From NCBI RefSeq assembly GCF_001194135.2, contig NC_069000.1:25238643-25302642 (forward strand): DNA of 64,000 nucleotides, given 5' to 3'. Numbering within the stretch: position 1 is the first letter of the stretch; every line of letters starts with the position of its first letter. This document shows, piece by piece, positions 50,390 through 63,559 of this stretch. A model generated the notes under the pieces. That model searched no databases. It worked only from the letters and a program-made list of their open reading frames with translations, and was not told the origin of the DNA. The translations under genes and the position numbers were made by a program. The DNA comes from Octopus bimaculoides. Lineage: Eukaryota.

Positions 50390-52060
50390 AACCTACCATA
50401 TACCCATAAGAAGTGGGATTTTCTAGGGAGACTTACTGTCGTCCCTGCTTTTCTGACTTTCTCTGACCCCGCTAACAAACTTGTTAAACGAAACCACCAT
50501 GTGTTATAGGCGCTATAGACAAACAATAAACCATCTCCTGCATCTGGATGAGCTAAAATATTTCGCTAAAGCACCATGGAACACAGAAACCTTATTAAAA
50601 TAGTTTCAGTAAAGATATCGGAATGAGCATGGGGATGGACATATGTGCCGCGGCCCACCGAGAAGAGGTAAATTAATCAGCACTGAAAATACTGCAATCG
50701 ACATAGACACAGAAATTAGAGAATTAGATTGCAACCGCCCATACAAATATCTAGGGACTAGATGAAACAGCTAAAATACAACTCACAGAAATGAAAGAAA
50801 ATTAGGAGAGAGTATTATAGAAGAGTTAGACTAGTACTGAAGACTGAACTTACCACAAAAAATAAGATAATAGGGATAAACACGCTAGCCATGCAACTTT
50901 AACACAATAAACTGGAAGATCGGTGAATTGAGAAACCTAGATAGAAAAACCAGAAAACTACTAACAGCGTACCGAAGACCCCACCCCAAAGCAAACGCAG
51001 ACAGAATATATCTTCCGCGTTCAGAAGGGAGTCGTAGCCTGATACAGATAGAGAACTACTATAACAGCAGTTGGACGAGGTAAGTACTTAGAAACAAAGA
51101 GTGGAAGACTACTGCATGTAGTAAAGCAATACGAGAAAAAGAAAACGCTTTTCTCTATACACAACGAGGCGACAAAATACAAAACAGAAACAAACTTCAC
51201 TGACACACTAACCTCAGATGACAACATCGCAGAAACAGCTAAAGAGGCAAAAAACAACATGAGAACAGAATTACAAAAGATCCTGGAGAAGAAATGGAGA
51301 GAAAAATCTCTTCATGGCCATTACCCTGCAAGGCTTGACAGAGAGGAAGTGAGCCTAAGTAAAAGCCAACAATGGCTCAAAAGCTCTGGACTAAAAGCTG
51401 AAACAGAAGGACTGATTCTCGATGCACAAGACCAATGCCTGACTACAAACAGTTATAAAAACAAAATAATGAAAACAGGCTTCAACACCAAATGCAGAAT
51501 GTGCAACCAGCACAATGAGACAGTTGACCACATCATTTCGGGCTGCCCAGTCCTTGTCTTATCTGAATATATATACAGACACGACAGAGTAAGCAGTTAT
51601 ACCCACTGGACAATATGCCAACATTACAACATTAAAATTGACAACATGTGCCAAGCAAGGTACAAGACAATGACCAGGCCACAATCAGCTGGGACATGCT
51701 GGTTCAAACCGACAAAGAAATAAAAGCTAATCGCCCAGACATAATAATCAAGGATTGGTAAAAAGCGGCCCCTGCTTACTGATAGACATCGCAGTCCCTT
51801 CTGATCAAAACATTGTCAAAAAAAAAAAAAAGTGGAGAAATTGTTAAAGTACAAAGACCTCGAAATTGAAGTATTCAAGATGTGGGGCATGAAAGTAAAA
51901 ACAATATCAATAATAATTGGAGCATTGGGCATGATAAAGAAACATGTGAATAAAAATGTAGAAGCTATACCAAGATCTTCAACACTACACACTATCCAAA
52001 AAATAGCTCTGCTAGGAACATCCCACATCCTACGCAAGGCACTATCAATCCAATAATACA
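50390..52060 (+). mobile_element. R4/Dong-like RLE LINE, RT to RLE
   Basis: GIF*GDLLS; LHGHYP...LKAETEGLILDAQDQCLTTN...CRMCNQHNETVDHIISGCP...RHDRV; IQKIALLGTSHILRKALSIQ*. Confidence 0.93.
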
Positions 52061-52375
52061 ACCTAAACAAAACAACTGACAAATACAAGACACATTCTAT
52101 ATAGCAATTGTCCAGTGAAATAAACTGCTAGAAGCAATCCGTATAACCATTGCATTAGACACTCAACACACAATACAAACAGTAACACAACAAAAGGCTG
52201 CACCACACCTCAAGAGAAAAGAAGGACTAACTAACACAATACAATAGCGGGAAGAGTTTGCACACTCCCAACAGCAGAAAAGAACATACAATGCTGCACA
52301 CACCCCAGCAACACGGTGGTGTAGCAGATGATGCAGTAGAAATTTGCCTCAGTCTACCAAATGTTGCACAGTTAT

Positions 52376-52436
<61 letters not shown>

Positions 52437-52495
52437 ATCATATTTATTATTATTTAAATCGTAGTTATTATTATTATTGCTATTAACAATAAATC

Positions 52496-53064
52496 ATTAT
52501 CTGTGGCTGCCCAGTCCTGGCTAAGAAGGAATATATTCACAGACACGACAGAGTTGAGACCTATATACACNNNNNNNNNNNNNNNNNNNNNNNNNNNNNN
52601 NNNNNNNNNNNNNNNNNNNNNNNNNNNNNNNNNNNNNNNNNNNNNNNNNNNNNNNNNNNNNNNNNNNNNNNNNNNNNNNNNNNNNNNNNNNNNNNNNNNN
52701 NNNNNNNNNNNNNNNNNNNNNNNNNNNNNNNNNNNNNNNNNNNNNNNNNNNNNNNNNNNNNNNNNNNNNNNNNNNNNNNNNNNNNNNNNNNNNNNNNNNN
52801 NNNNNNAAACAGAAACAATTCCTATCATAGTAGGCGCCTTAGGTATAATAAAAAAATATTCAGACAAATACATAACAAAAACACCAGGACTTACAGATAT
52901 ATATAACATACAGAAAATTGCACTACTGGGCACTGCACACATCCTACGCAAAACACTTTCAATACAGTAACCATAAGAGCATTACAGCAAACCACAGCAC
53001 GTACCCAAGGCACACAGAGCTGCACTCGGTAGTGAAGTGAAAGTACGTTATAAAAATAAAAGTA

Positions 53065-53067
<3 letters not shown>
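52496..53067 (+). mobile_element. RLE LINE 3' fragment (gap inside)
   Basis: IPIIVGALGIIKK...IQKIALLGTAHILRKTLSIQ*, then 3' UTR and (AAT)n. Confidence 0.9.
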
Positions 53068-53142
<75 letters not shown>

Positions 53143-53559
53143 CGGTGTACTGGATATGGTAAAAGTGAACATGAACACGTACAAAAATAGATAGAAAACA
53201 ATAAAACTGCATTGGGGCAAATTTGCACTCTGTCTTAAAATATAAGTCATCTAGGCCAAGGCCAGACTACACAACTCGTTTTCAGTTCAATGACGCATTT
53301 TCCACAATGTCACTTCTGTCACGTTTTTCCCATGTCACACATATTCAACCCAATCACCACTCAATAAAATAGCAATTCACACAGTAAGAGTTATTAGAGA
53401 AGAACGCTTTCACTGCAAATATGCAAAACACTAAAATAACACAAGAAACAACAAAATTAAGTCACACGAGGAAAAAAATATAGAAGTAACTCACACATAT
53501 ACGCATACGCTCTTGCGTGCAAGTATGTTACCCCTAATCTCAAAGATAATTTTGCATAC

Positions 53560-53900
53560 TTCCAAAGAATAAAAAAGTATTATAGGAATAAAAAGGTATT
53601 TGGATATGATATTAAATACTCGCATGAATTGTTGAAAAGTAATAAGTATAAGAAAGGACTGAGAAAGAAGTTGCAGGAATGTGGAGGATGAAAAAACTTG
53701 AAGACATTTGCCTAAAATAGTAGGGATGATTCTTTGCACAGTCAAGAAGAAATTCAAATCATCTTTGGAGATTGGAATTGAAATTCGAATATGTCTATTA
53801 CAGAAAAAAGCATTATTAGTAACGATAAAGATCCTGACGAAGATGCCCAATGACTGAGTCAATGAAGGAACTTTTAAAGGATCCTTAGTTACAGTTTATG
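53560..53900 (+). mobile_element. Decayed RLE LINE 3' end
   Basis: ...LQKKALLVTIKILTKMPND*. Confidence 0.65.
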
Positions 53901-53999
53901 ACTCCCTACTTGACTTGTAAAATGACAAAAGGCCTGTCTGCAAATAATCCTTGCTACTATATGAACAAGGCATGCAATTTTATGGGACGAGAGCTAGTA

Positions 54000-54390
54000 A
54001 ATTTTATCATCCTAAGTGCTTGATTGGTGCTTATTTTATCGATCCTGAAAGGCTAAAACAAGTCTACCCTGGTGGAATTTGAACTCAGAAAGTAAAACCA
54101 GTAGAAATGCTGCAGAATATTTTGTCCAGCGCTGTAACGATTCTGCCAGCTCGCTACTTTTTGTCTGTTACAATAATAGCAAATTCCTGATTTTCGCACA
54201 AGGCCAACAATTTAATGGGGAAGGTTTTAGTCAGTGTCACGCATCCCAGTGCTTCATTGGTACATTTTATCGACGCCAGAAAGATGAAAGGCAAAGCTGT
54301 CTTTAGTAGGAATTGAATTTAAAAAAGCAGAATGCCGTAACAAATAATGTTAGGCATTTTGTCCGACGCTTTATTGATTCTCTAAGCTCA
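54000..54390 (-). mobile_element. Two tandem SINE family B copies
   Basis: ggtggaatttgaactcagaa...ttctgccagctcgc, followed by a second module. Confidence 0.8.
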
Positions 54391-54418
54391 ATGCTTTCAT
54401 CATCTTCATCATCATCAT

Positions 54419-54478
<60 letters not shown>

Positions 54479-54845
54479 CCCAGCGATGGTTGAGAAGCTC
54501 AGGACTCAAAGCAAAGACTGAAGGATTTTTAATTGCTGCACAAGATTAAAGCCTCCCCACCAGAAATTACCATAACAAGTAGCTGTGCCAACACTATGGA
54601 ATAACAACAGAAAAAAGATGGTATAGACACACGCCAGAAAAGGTCACAGAAAACGAGAAAGCAACCATACTCTGGGATATGCCATACAGAAAATTGCACT
54701 ACTGGGCACTGCACACATCATACGCAAAACACTTTCAATACAGTAACCATAAGAGCACCACAGCAAACCACAGCACATACCCAAGGCGAACAGAGCTACG
54801 CTCGGTAGTGAAGTGAAAGCACGTTATAAAAATTAAACTACTGAA
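54479..54845 (+). mobile_element. Multiply deleted RLE LINE 3' piece between (AAT)n tracts
   Basis: QRWLRSSGLKAKTEGFLIAAQD*SLPTRNY / ATILWDM / IQKIALLGTAHIIRKTLSIQ*; same 3' UTR as 52970-53067. Confidence 0.88.
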
Positions 54846-55066
54846 CAATAATAATAATAATAATAATAAAAGAACATTATCGCTGTGAAAACAACATCCA
54901 TTCATGAATTTTTTTAATTTATTAATTTTTAAAAAATACATATTTTACCTGTGAATTTGCGTGTGTAAACTGGGAATGCATACAATGAGTTTCTCTGCCC
55001 TAGGTGTACGGAAAACCCTCGGCGAAAAATAGAAGAAAATTTGAAGGAAGAAGAAAAAAAAGCAAC

Positions 55067-55120
<54 letters not shown>

Positions 55121-55121
<1 letters not shown>

Positions 55122-57645
55122 GACAAGATCTAGGAAAAATTGAGCAGTGGTTAAGAGGAAATTGAGAAAATGGGAAAATGATCGACCGAGAGAACTTAGA
55201 GAAGAAATATATAATAAGGAAGAACGGGTTTGATGCAGTAATAGAACAGTTAAAACAGAGGATCATGACAAAAGCTAGAAGATCAGAACAGAAATGAACA
55301 GTTCGAGAACAGATTATTCAAAAATAACCCGAAGCAATTCTTCCGAACGTTAGAAGGAGACAATGGGGAAAATGTTGCTCCTGATGCAAAGGAGTTCTGG
55401 AGCGGATTATGGGGAAACAATGTAGTGCATAAAAGAGATGCAATATGGATAGGAACTATCAAGACAGAATTACAAGGAAGAAAGAAACAAACACGGGTGA
55501 TGTGAATGAACAAATAGGTAAAGTGCCAAACCGAAAGCCGCTGGACCAGATGGCATTTATGGCTTCTGGTTGAAGAGATGCCACGCGGTACATGAAAGAC
55601 TAGTAGCCCACTTGAATGAGTGTATCCAGAAAGGTACAGTCCCCGCGTGGATGGTAACCGGGAGGACAACACTTGTAATGAAAGATAGAAGTAAGAAGAA
55701 TATTGTGGAAAACTACCGTCCCATAGCATGCCTAAACATAATCTGGAAGATTCTACTGGAATATGTGCGGCAAAGACACACTTTCCTGGCACAGGAAGAA
55801 ATACTATCGAAGGAGCAAAAAGGATGTAGGAAGAGTTCCCAGGGTACCAAGGATCACCTGGTCATCCATAAAACAGTTTCGAGGCATTGTAAAAAAACAT
55901 CATACAAACATGTCTATGGCTTGGATTGACATTAAGAAGGCATATGATATGGTGCCTCATTCTTGCAGATGTTTGGTGTTGTTGACAACATCAAATTTTC
56001 TGATGCATAGCATGAAAGAGTGGAAAACCAAATTGTGCTCAAGTAATGTATTCCTTGGAGAAGTTGATATTAAAAGGAGAACCTTCCAAGGTGACACGTT
56101 TTCTCCGTTACTATTTGTAATTTCACTAACACCCATAACAATGACACTTAGGAAAGTTAAGATCGGTTACCGATGTGGGAAAAAAAGCCCATCATTGAGC
56201 CATCTTCTGTTTATGGATGACTTGAAATTGTTTGGGAAATATGAAAATCATATAGATTCCATAGCCAAAACAATTCAGAAGTGTGGTAGGGACATCGATA
56301 TGGAATTTGAGATTACCAACTGCTCAGTACTTAATATGAAAAGGGGGAAGAAAGCAGACTGCAGAGGATTATGGCTACCAGCAGGAGAAACCATGGGTGA
56401 ACCCGACGGTAATGGGTATAGATATTTTCGGGATTTTGGAGCTGGATGACATTCTACACAGAGGAATAAAAGTCAAGGTCAGCGAGGCGTATCAAGAAAG
56501 GGTGTTGAAATGGTGTTGATGGTGTTGAAATCCAATCTGAATGCCAAAAATTTGATTACCGCAATGAATATCTAGGCAGTTGAGGTGGTCGGATATAGTG
56601 CGTCCATCCTCAAATGGACTAAAGAGGAAATATCAACACTGGATAGAAGGATGAGAAAGTTGATGACGCTGCATGGGGCGCTACACTCTATAGCAAACAA
56701 GAACAGACTGTGTATGAAAAGAAAGAATGGTGGCAGAGGACTAATTAGTATAGACCATTGTATAAAGAGTGAAAGTAGAACGATTGCCTCGTATTTGATA
56801 AATAGTGATGAAGACCTGCTGCATTATACTGCATTATGCATTATGGGTGTAAATGCAGATGAAATGATGGGCAAGGCAGAGTTTAACCAAAGAACTGAGG
56901 AGAAGAGAAAAGAAGACCTTGAAATGAGAATGCATAATACTTGAACGAGATGCTTTGAAGCGTATCACAGAACGAGATGATTTGAAGCGTACCACTGAAA
57001 GCATGATCATTGCTGCACAAGACCAGGCTCTCTCTACCAAATCAGTGAAGTATAACATCTATAAAACTTCTGACACCCAGAAATGAAGATTCTGTGGAAA
57101 GAGTGTGGAAAATGTGACCCACTTGGTAAGTGGATGTGAGAGTCTTGCACAAAAAGAATACAAGCACCGCCACGATAAAGTGTATGTGTATCTTCATTGG
57201 TTCTTATGCCGTAAATACTAACAGAGAACTGATATGAGCATGTACTAAGTAAAGTTATGCAGGAGGATGGAAAACTAACGATACACTGGGACTTTGATTT
57301 TCCGACGGATTATGTAATCGAACACCGTCGGCCGGATATTGTCATATTGAATGAGACAAATACTGTCAGATCATTGATATAGCCATACCAAATGACATGA
57401 ATGTTGTGAGGAAAGAGGTTGAAAAAAATCACCAAGTACTCCGAATTGAAAGTGGAAATGACAAGACTGTGTGGAATGCGGGAGGGTAATGTAAAAGTGA
57501 TACCAGTGGTGATCGGAGCGCTAGGCTCAATCCCATTGAAACTTCAAAACTTCTTAAGGCAACTGGAAATCCCATGCAAGATTAATGTCTTGCAGAAAGC
57601 AGCCTTATTGGGCACAGCGCACATCTTAAGGAAAGTATTATCTGA
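55121..57645 (+). mobile_element. Longest R4/Dong-like RLE LINE fragment (~2.5 kb)
   Basis: NYRPIACLNIIWK; EQKGCRKSSQGTKDHL; AWIDIKKAYDMVPHS; FQGDTFSPLLFVI; HLLFMDDLKLF; RRPDIV; LQKAALLGTAHILRKVL. Confidence 0.95.
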
Positions 57646-57649
57646 AGGA

Positions 57650-58290
57650 CCGGCTCAACCAGTGCTCTAAGTATTTTAACTTTTAACGTGGGTAGAAGGT
57701 TTGAGTGCCAGATCTTATCAAGTCTGTTACATGCATCCCAAGCAAGAGCTTCGCGGATGCGAAAGTCCTTTTCGGAATCTGCTATGTGTGATCCAAGATA
57801 TTTGAAGCCGTCAACGTTTTTGATTGAAATATTACTGAGCAATTTTAATTCAGTTAACTTGGAAGAGGTTGTGATAAACTCTATCTTACTCTCATTGTAG
57901 TAATGGCCAACCTGGTTTGGTGCTTTCTTCAGTGCTTGTAACAAAGATTCTGCATCTTTAATATAATGGGATATCAAGGCAAGATCATCTGCAAAGTCAA
58001 GATCAGTTAAATATTGTGCACAATGCTGACTGCTCTGGTGGGGTTTCGAAAGGAGTCCCTTTTCCTCCATACCGTCTAGGGAAATGCGTAGAACATAATC
58101 GATAACAATGATGAACAAGAAAGGAGCGAGAGTGTCACCCTGCAGAACAGCTGCTTCATCTTCAAAGAAATCAGTCTCTCCATTAGGAGATATAACTGTG
58201 GCAGTGGTGTTTGTGTATAGCGCTCTGATAGCATCAACAATCCTGGGAGGATACCATAGAGTGAAAGGATTTTAAACAGATTGTAACGCT
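57650..58290 (-). mobile_element. RTE/CR1-type RT fragment
   Basis: VLQGDTLAPFLFIIVIDYVL...YLTDLDFADDLALISH...FKYLGSHI. Confidence 0.9.
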
Positions 58291-58365
58291 CTTGTTAAAC
58301 TTTTTCATTTCTTCCAGTATGCGACGGATGGAGAGGATTTGAGCAGTTGTTGACCAGCCCCTTTC

Positions 58366-58690
58366 TACAGGGGTTGGACAAAATAATGGAAACACCTAAA
58401 AATTTCAAACAGATTAATTTTAGTATGGGGTAGGATCGCCTTTGGCAGTAATTACTGCTTGAATTCTACGAGGTATGAACTCGTACAAAGTTTGAATTGT
58501 TTCCAAAGGAATTTTTGCCCATTCTTCAGCTAAAACAGTCTCCAGTTCTTGTAGTGATGATGGTGGAGGATAACGACTCTTTACTTGTTTTTCTAAAATG
58601 CACCATAAATGTTCAATGGTATTGAGATCTGGTGACTGTGGTGGCCAGATAAGATGTTCAACTTCACTAGAATGTTCCTCGTGTAATTGG
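58366..58690 (-). mobile_element. Tc1 transposon 3' end with TIR
   Basis: TA+CAGGGGTTGGACAAAATAATGGAAACACC; EVEHLIWPPQSPDLNTIEHLWCILEKQVKSRYPPPSSLQELETVLAEEWAKIP...IQAVITAKGDPTPY*. Confidence 0.95.
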
Positions 58691-59049
58691 AGAGAAGCCG
58701 GAGTTGATAGTGTTCAAAGGTATTGAATAAAGTTGACATTATGCCATAAAAGAATAGTAACAGTTTAATGCACTGACCTGAAGAAATGAAAAAATTCCTA
58801 AGTGTATAACTATTAGACAAATTGTAGTGTATTTGAAAGATGCTTGAAAAAGAAACGCTGTGGATAATTAGTGATCCATACACCATTCATTGGCATGAAA
58901 GCTGCTCACTGGAATAATTGGCATGAAAGCTGCTCACTGGAATCTTGACATCGGAATGCTAACTGTTGAGTAATGGGCTCAGCAGAATTGTAGGGAAACT
59001 AGATTAGCTACTCATAGATAAAATAGTGATGAAAGATAGTAAGTGACAA

Positions 59050-60560
59050 AATGCAAATTTAACAATGGCCTGGATCATGTCATAGGTCTACAAGGCCTAT
59101 AACATGATACCACATTGATGGCTCATTGAATGTTTGAACATGCTTGGGATTGCAAAGAATGTTAAGAATTTTCTGAGAAAAGGCGTAGAAAGTTAGAAGA
59201 CTGCTCACATATTATGAACAGTATCTCGGAACATTAAGAATCAAGGGAGGAATCTTTCTAGGAGACAGTGTATCTCCTTTGTTATTTGTTTTATACACAA
59301 TCTTTTGAACATTTCTATTGAGAAACGTAACATATAGATATGAGTTTAAAGGAAAACGACAAAAGATCAACCATCTATTATTTATGGTTGATTGCAAGCT
59401 GCATGTAAAGATGAAGCTCTAGTCAGTTCTTCAGTGAACACAGTTTATTACTTTAGCAAGGATATCAAACTGGAATTAGGACTATAAAAATGTGGAGTAA
59501 TATTTCTAAGTAGAAAAGTATTAGAATTACCTTCAGGAGAAACCATGGAAAGCATTTATGGTACTGGGTGTAAATATGTGGGTACATTGGAGGTATGTGA
59601 CGAAAAACTGAAAAGTTTTACGCGAGAGCATCTCCGAAGACTTAGTTTCGTGCCGCGGTTAAAACTGAATGGAACAAATAAGTTTCAAGCGATCAGCACA
59701 TGAGCGCTTGGATTACTGAGTGTGGTAATGGTATTGTCTATTGGAAGAAAGAGGACTTACGGAGGTTACACTGAAAACACGAAAACTACTCAATGCAAGG
59801 AGCATGCTGTCTCAAGAGCGATATTGACAGGTTGTATCTAACCAGGCACAAAGGTAGGCGAGGGCTAATGAGCTGTGGAAGTTGTATATGCTCAGAAGAA
59901 AATACCATGGGGTGCTATATAAATAAAACATTTGCTGGTTCAGGTGAGAATATTTGGTATAGTAAGGATACGTACGTGGAGACACAGGAAAACAAAGAAA
60001 AAATAGTAAGGAAAACAAAAGAAAATAGAATGAGGAAAAGAATGCACGAATAACTTTTGAGTAAAGTAAACAGGTATACAGACGCCGGCGGAAAATGGCA
60101 CTAGCTAAGGAAGAATGCCATGAAACTAACGACAGAAGTGCTTATTTGTGCTGCTCGGGAACAAGCACTTAAGACATATTACACCAAATGTAGGATTGAC
60201 AATACAGCAGAAAGTGACAAGTGCAGGTTGCGCACTGATAAAGGTGAGATTGTATAGTATATTGTGAATGAATGCACAAAGCTGACCCAAAAAGAATACA
60301 AAAGAAGACAGACACAATAATGTCACATGAATGACTCCCAGACGTTGGGTTGGGTAAACCCCAGAAGAAGTAACTAAGAATGACAATGTAAAGATACAGT
60401 GGAATGTAATGATCTAATGTGAGTGTTATATTCTTGTTGCCCGAGCTTTTAGAACTATAATCCATAAACTGGATTGAAAAGATACGAGTAAGTGTGAAGG
60501 ACATCTACAGGAAACTGTTGTTTGGAACTGTACGAATCCTCCGTCGGATCCTCTAAATTT
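59050..60560 (+). mobile_element. Decayed R4/Dong-like RLE LINE
   Basis: FLGDSVSPLLFV; INHLLFMVDCKL; KSDIDRLYLTRHKGRRGL; EVLICAAREQAL; LQETVVFGTVRILRRIL*. Confidence 0.85.
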
Positions 60561-60659
60561 TAATGACGAGTGTTTATCATAGATCACTGGTTGTGGACGG
60601 CTGACACTTTGATATGTTCCCTAGTGAAGTTGCTGTGTTAAACAACAACAACAATAATC

Positions 60660-60910
60660 GATCTACCCTTGTCCTCCTACTATTCCTTGGCGTACAGTCC
60701 TGGTCATAGGAATATAGTCCTCAGGCAGCTCCTCTATAGGGTCCTATCAGAAACAACTGGCATTACACTTTCCAGTCGGATTTCTAAACAGGACCAAGTG
60801 AGTCTCTGGATGTTATCCAACCATTTCTCTCTTGGTCTACCTCTAGGTCTCCTGCCGGTTGGCTCAGTTTAGAGACTCCGTCTTGCGATTCGCCCCTGCC
60901 ACATGTAATC
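60660..60910 (-). mobile_element. RTE-type LINE 3' end
   Basis: HVAG...RQETRGRPREKWLDNIQ on minus. Confidence 0.65.
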
Positions 60911-60959
60911 ACATATAGAACTGTGACGCAATAATGATGATGATTATGATGATGATTTT

Positions 60960-61150
60960 TTTTCTAAATTTGGCACAGTACCAGCAATTTTGAGGTGAAT
61001 GGGTAAGTTGATTATATCTGCCTTAGTACTCGACTGGTACTTTTTATCCATTCCGAAAGGGTGAAAAATAAAGTCGACCTCGGCAGAATTTGAACCGAGA
61101 ACGTAAAGACGGATGAAATGCTGCGAAGCATAAGGTCCGGCGTACTAACG
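60960..61150 (-). mobile_element. SINE family B
   Basis: aaagtcgacctcggcagaatttgaaccgagaacgtaaagacggatgaaatgctgcg. Confidence 0.85.
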
Positions 61151-61289
61151 ATTTTGATACATTTCTTCGGGCATCTAGAAACGTTCCTTGGAACGTCTCT
61201 CCCAGTACTAAAGTTAGTTTTGGGGTCAATATAATCCACTAGTCCTCTCCCTCCAAATTTTAGGTGTTGTGCGTAAGGTAGAAAGGATT

Positions 61290-62696
61290 ATTATTACTAT
61301 TCCTTCGTAACAGAGTGTAGGTAAAAATGCACCGGAGTCTTTAGTCATCTGTCACGTTACAAGAAGGACCTCAGACACATAATACTTTCCTTAAGATGTG
61401 CGCTGTGCCCAATAAGGCTGCTTTTTGCAAGACGTCAAAGCTGGATAGGGTTTCCAGTTGCCTTAAGAAGTCTTGAAGTTTCAATGGAATTGAGCCAAAC
61501 GCTCTGGTCACCATTGGCATCACTTTTACATGACCTCGCATTTCGCAGTCTTGACATTTCCACTTTCAATTCGAAGTACTTGGTGATTATTTCAACTTCT
61601 TTACTCACAACATTCATGTTATTTGGTATGGTTATATCAATGATCCGATAGTATTTATCTCTCTTATTCAATATGACAATATCCGGCCGATGGTGTTCGA
61701 TTACACGATCCGTCTGAAAATCACAGTCCCTCTGTTAGTATTTACGGCATAAGAACCAATGAAGATACACATACACTTTATCGTGGCGGTGCTTGTATTC
61801 TTTCTGTACAAGGCTCTCACATCCACTTACCAAGTGGGTCATATTTTCCACACTCTTTTCACAGAGTCTACATTTCTAGGTGTAAGAAGTTTTATAGATG
61901 TTATACTTCACTGATTTGGTAGCGAGAGCCTGGCCGTGTGCAGCAATGATCAGGCTTTCGGTGGAACGCTTCAAATCCCCTCGCTCAAGCCATGCCCACG
62001 ATGCTGTATTATCCTTAACGTTCTGTGTATTCCTTTCAAACTGTCCATGCGTTCTCATTTCAAGGTCTTCTTTTCTCTTCTCCTCAGTTCTTTGGTTAAA
62101 CTCTGCCTTGCCCATCATTTCATCTGCATTTACACCCATAATTCATAATGCAGTATAATGCAGCAGGTCTTCATCACTATTTATCAAATACGAGGCAATC
62201 GTTCTACTTTCACTCTTTATACAATGGTCTATACTAATTAGTCCTCTGCCTCCATTCTTTCTTTTCATATACTGTCTGTTTACGTTTACTTTAGGATGTA
62301 GCGCCCCATGCAGCGTCATCAACTTTCTCGTCCTTCTATCCAGTGTTGATATTCCCTCCTTAGGATGGACGCATTATATCCAACCACCGCAACTGCTCAG
62401 ATATTCATTGCGGTAATCAAATTTTTGGCATTCAGGTTGGATTTCAACACCATCTTGACTCTTTTTTTATACGCCTCGCAGACCCTGATTTTTATTTCTC
62501 TGTGTAGAATGTAATCCAGCTCTAAAAAAATCCCTAAATAGCTATACCCACTACCGTCGGGTTCACCCATGGTCTCTCCTGATGGTAACCACAATCCTCT
62601 ACAGGCTGATTTCTCCCCTCTTTTCATATTCCAAAAGTGTGGTAGGGACATCACTATGTCCCTACCACACTTCTGGAATGTTTTAGTTAAGGAATC
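61290..62696 (-). mobile_element. R4/Dong-like RLE LINE, same family as 55121-57645, opposite orientation
   Basis: MGVNADEMMGKAEFNQRTEEKRKEDLEMR is identical in both copies; THGQFERN...WAWLERGDLKRSTESLIIAA; ends in a TAATAATAA tail at ~61290. Confidence 0.95.
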
Positions 62697-62732
<36 letters not shown>

Positions 62733-62760
62733 CATTATTATTATTATTATTATTATTATT

Positions 62761-63332
62761 GAGTGAGAGAGCAGTGCATGCCATCAAAGTGACACTGGGG
62801 TAAAATATACGAAGCCCATTATACCCATCATGACTACCTGTCTGATAAGGGTACACCAGGCACATGCATCACAATCATATGTGCGCGACATGGTGATCTC
62901 ATATCAAGATAAAGAGCGCATGACCTCGCAGGTGGGGCCCAGTTAGAATTTTCATTAGGTCGAGTAGCCCATCCCGCTCAAAAGGTCTCTGAATAAGGTT
63001 TGTTTAAGGATGTTGAGTAAAACACCCATGTTTCCAAAGGTGAATTATTCAAACCCCAAAGAATNNNNNNNNNNNNNNNNNNNNNNNNNNNNNNNNNNNN
63101 NNNNNNNNNNNNNNNNNNNNNNNNNNNNNNNNNNNNNNNNNNNNNNNNNNNNNNNNNNNNNNNNNNNNNNNNNNNNNNNNNNNNNNNNNNNNNNNNNNNN
63201 NNNNNNNNNNNNNNNNNNNNNNNNNNNNNNNNNNNNNNNNNNNNNNNNNNNNNNNNNNNNNNNNNNNNNNNNNNTTCCTATCAGTTAAGATCAGAAGCCA
63301 TGAGAGCCACTGCCTGGTACTGCATCCGGGCA

Positions 63333-63335
<3 letters not shown>
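62761..63335. repeat. Non-coding interspersed repeat embedded in (ATT)n
   Basis: No ORF; bracketed by (ATT)n at 62697-62760 and 63336 onward; gap inside. Confidence 0.55.
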
Positions 63336-63378
<43 letters not shown>

Positions 63379-63421
63379 GTTATTATTATTGTTGTTGTTG
63401 TTGTAGTTGTTGTTGTTGTTG

Positions 63422-63477
<56 letters not shown>

Positions 63478-63548
63478 GTTGTTGTTGTTGTTGTTGTTAT
63501 TGTTGCTGCTGCTGCTGCTGTTGTTGTTGTTGTTGTTATTATTATTTT
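63336..63548. repeat. Compound (ATT)(GTT)(GCT) microsatellite
   Basis: Direct sequence. Confidence 0.97.
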
Positions 63549-63559
63549 CTCTTTATTAC

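Noticed and set aside
57582-58118. 178-aa ORF as an intact RT gene
   Set aside because: It is a chimera reading from an RTE-type fragment into the antisense of an RLE 3' end.
58891-58943. 24-bp tandem duplication ggcatgaaagctgctcactggaat
   Set aside because: Only two units with a 5-bp spacer; simple slippage, not a CRISPR-like array.
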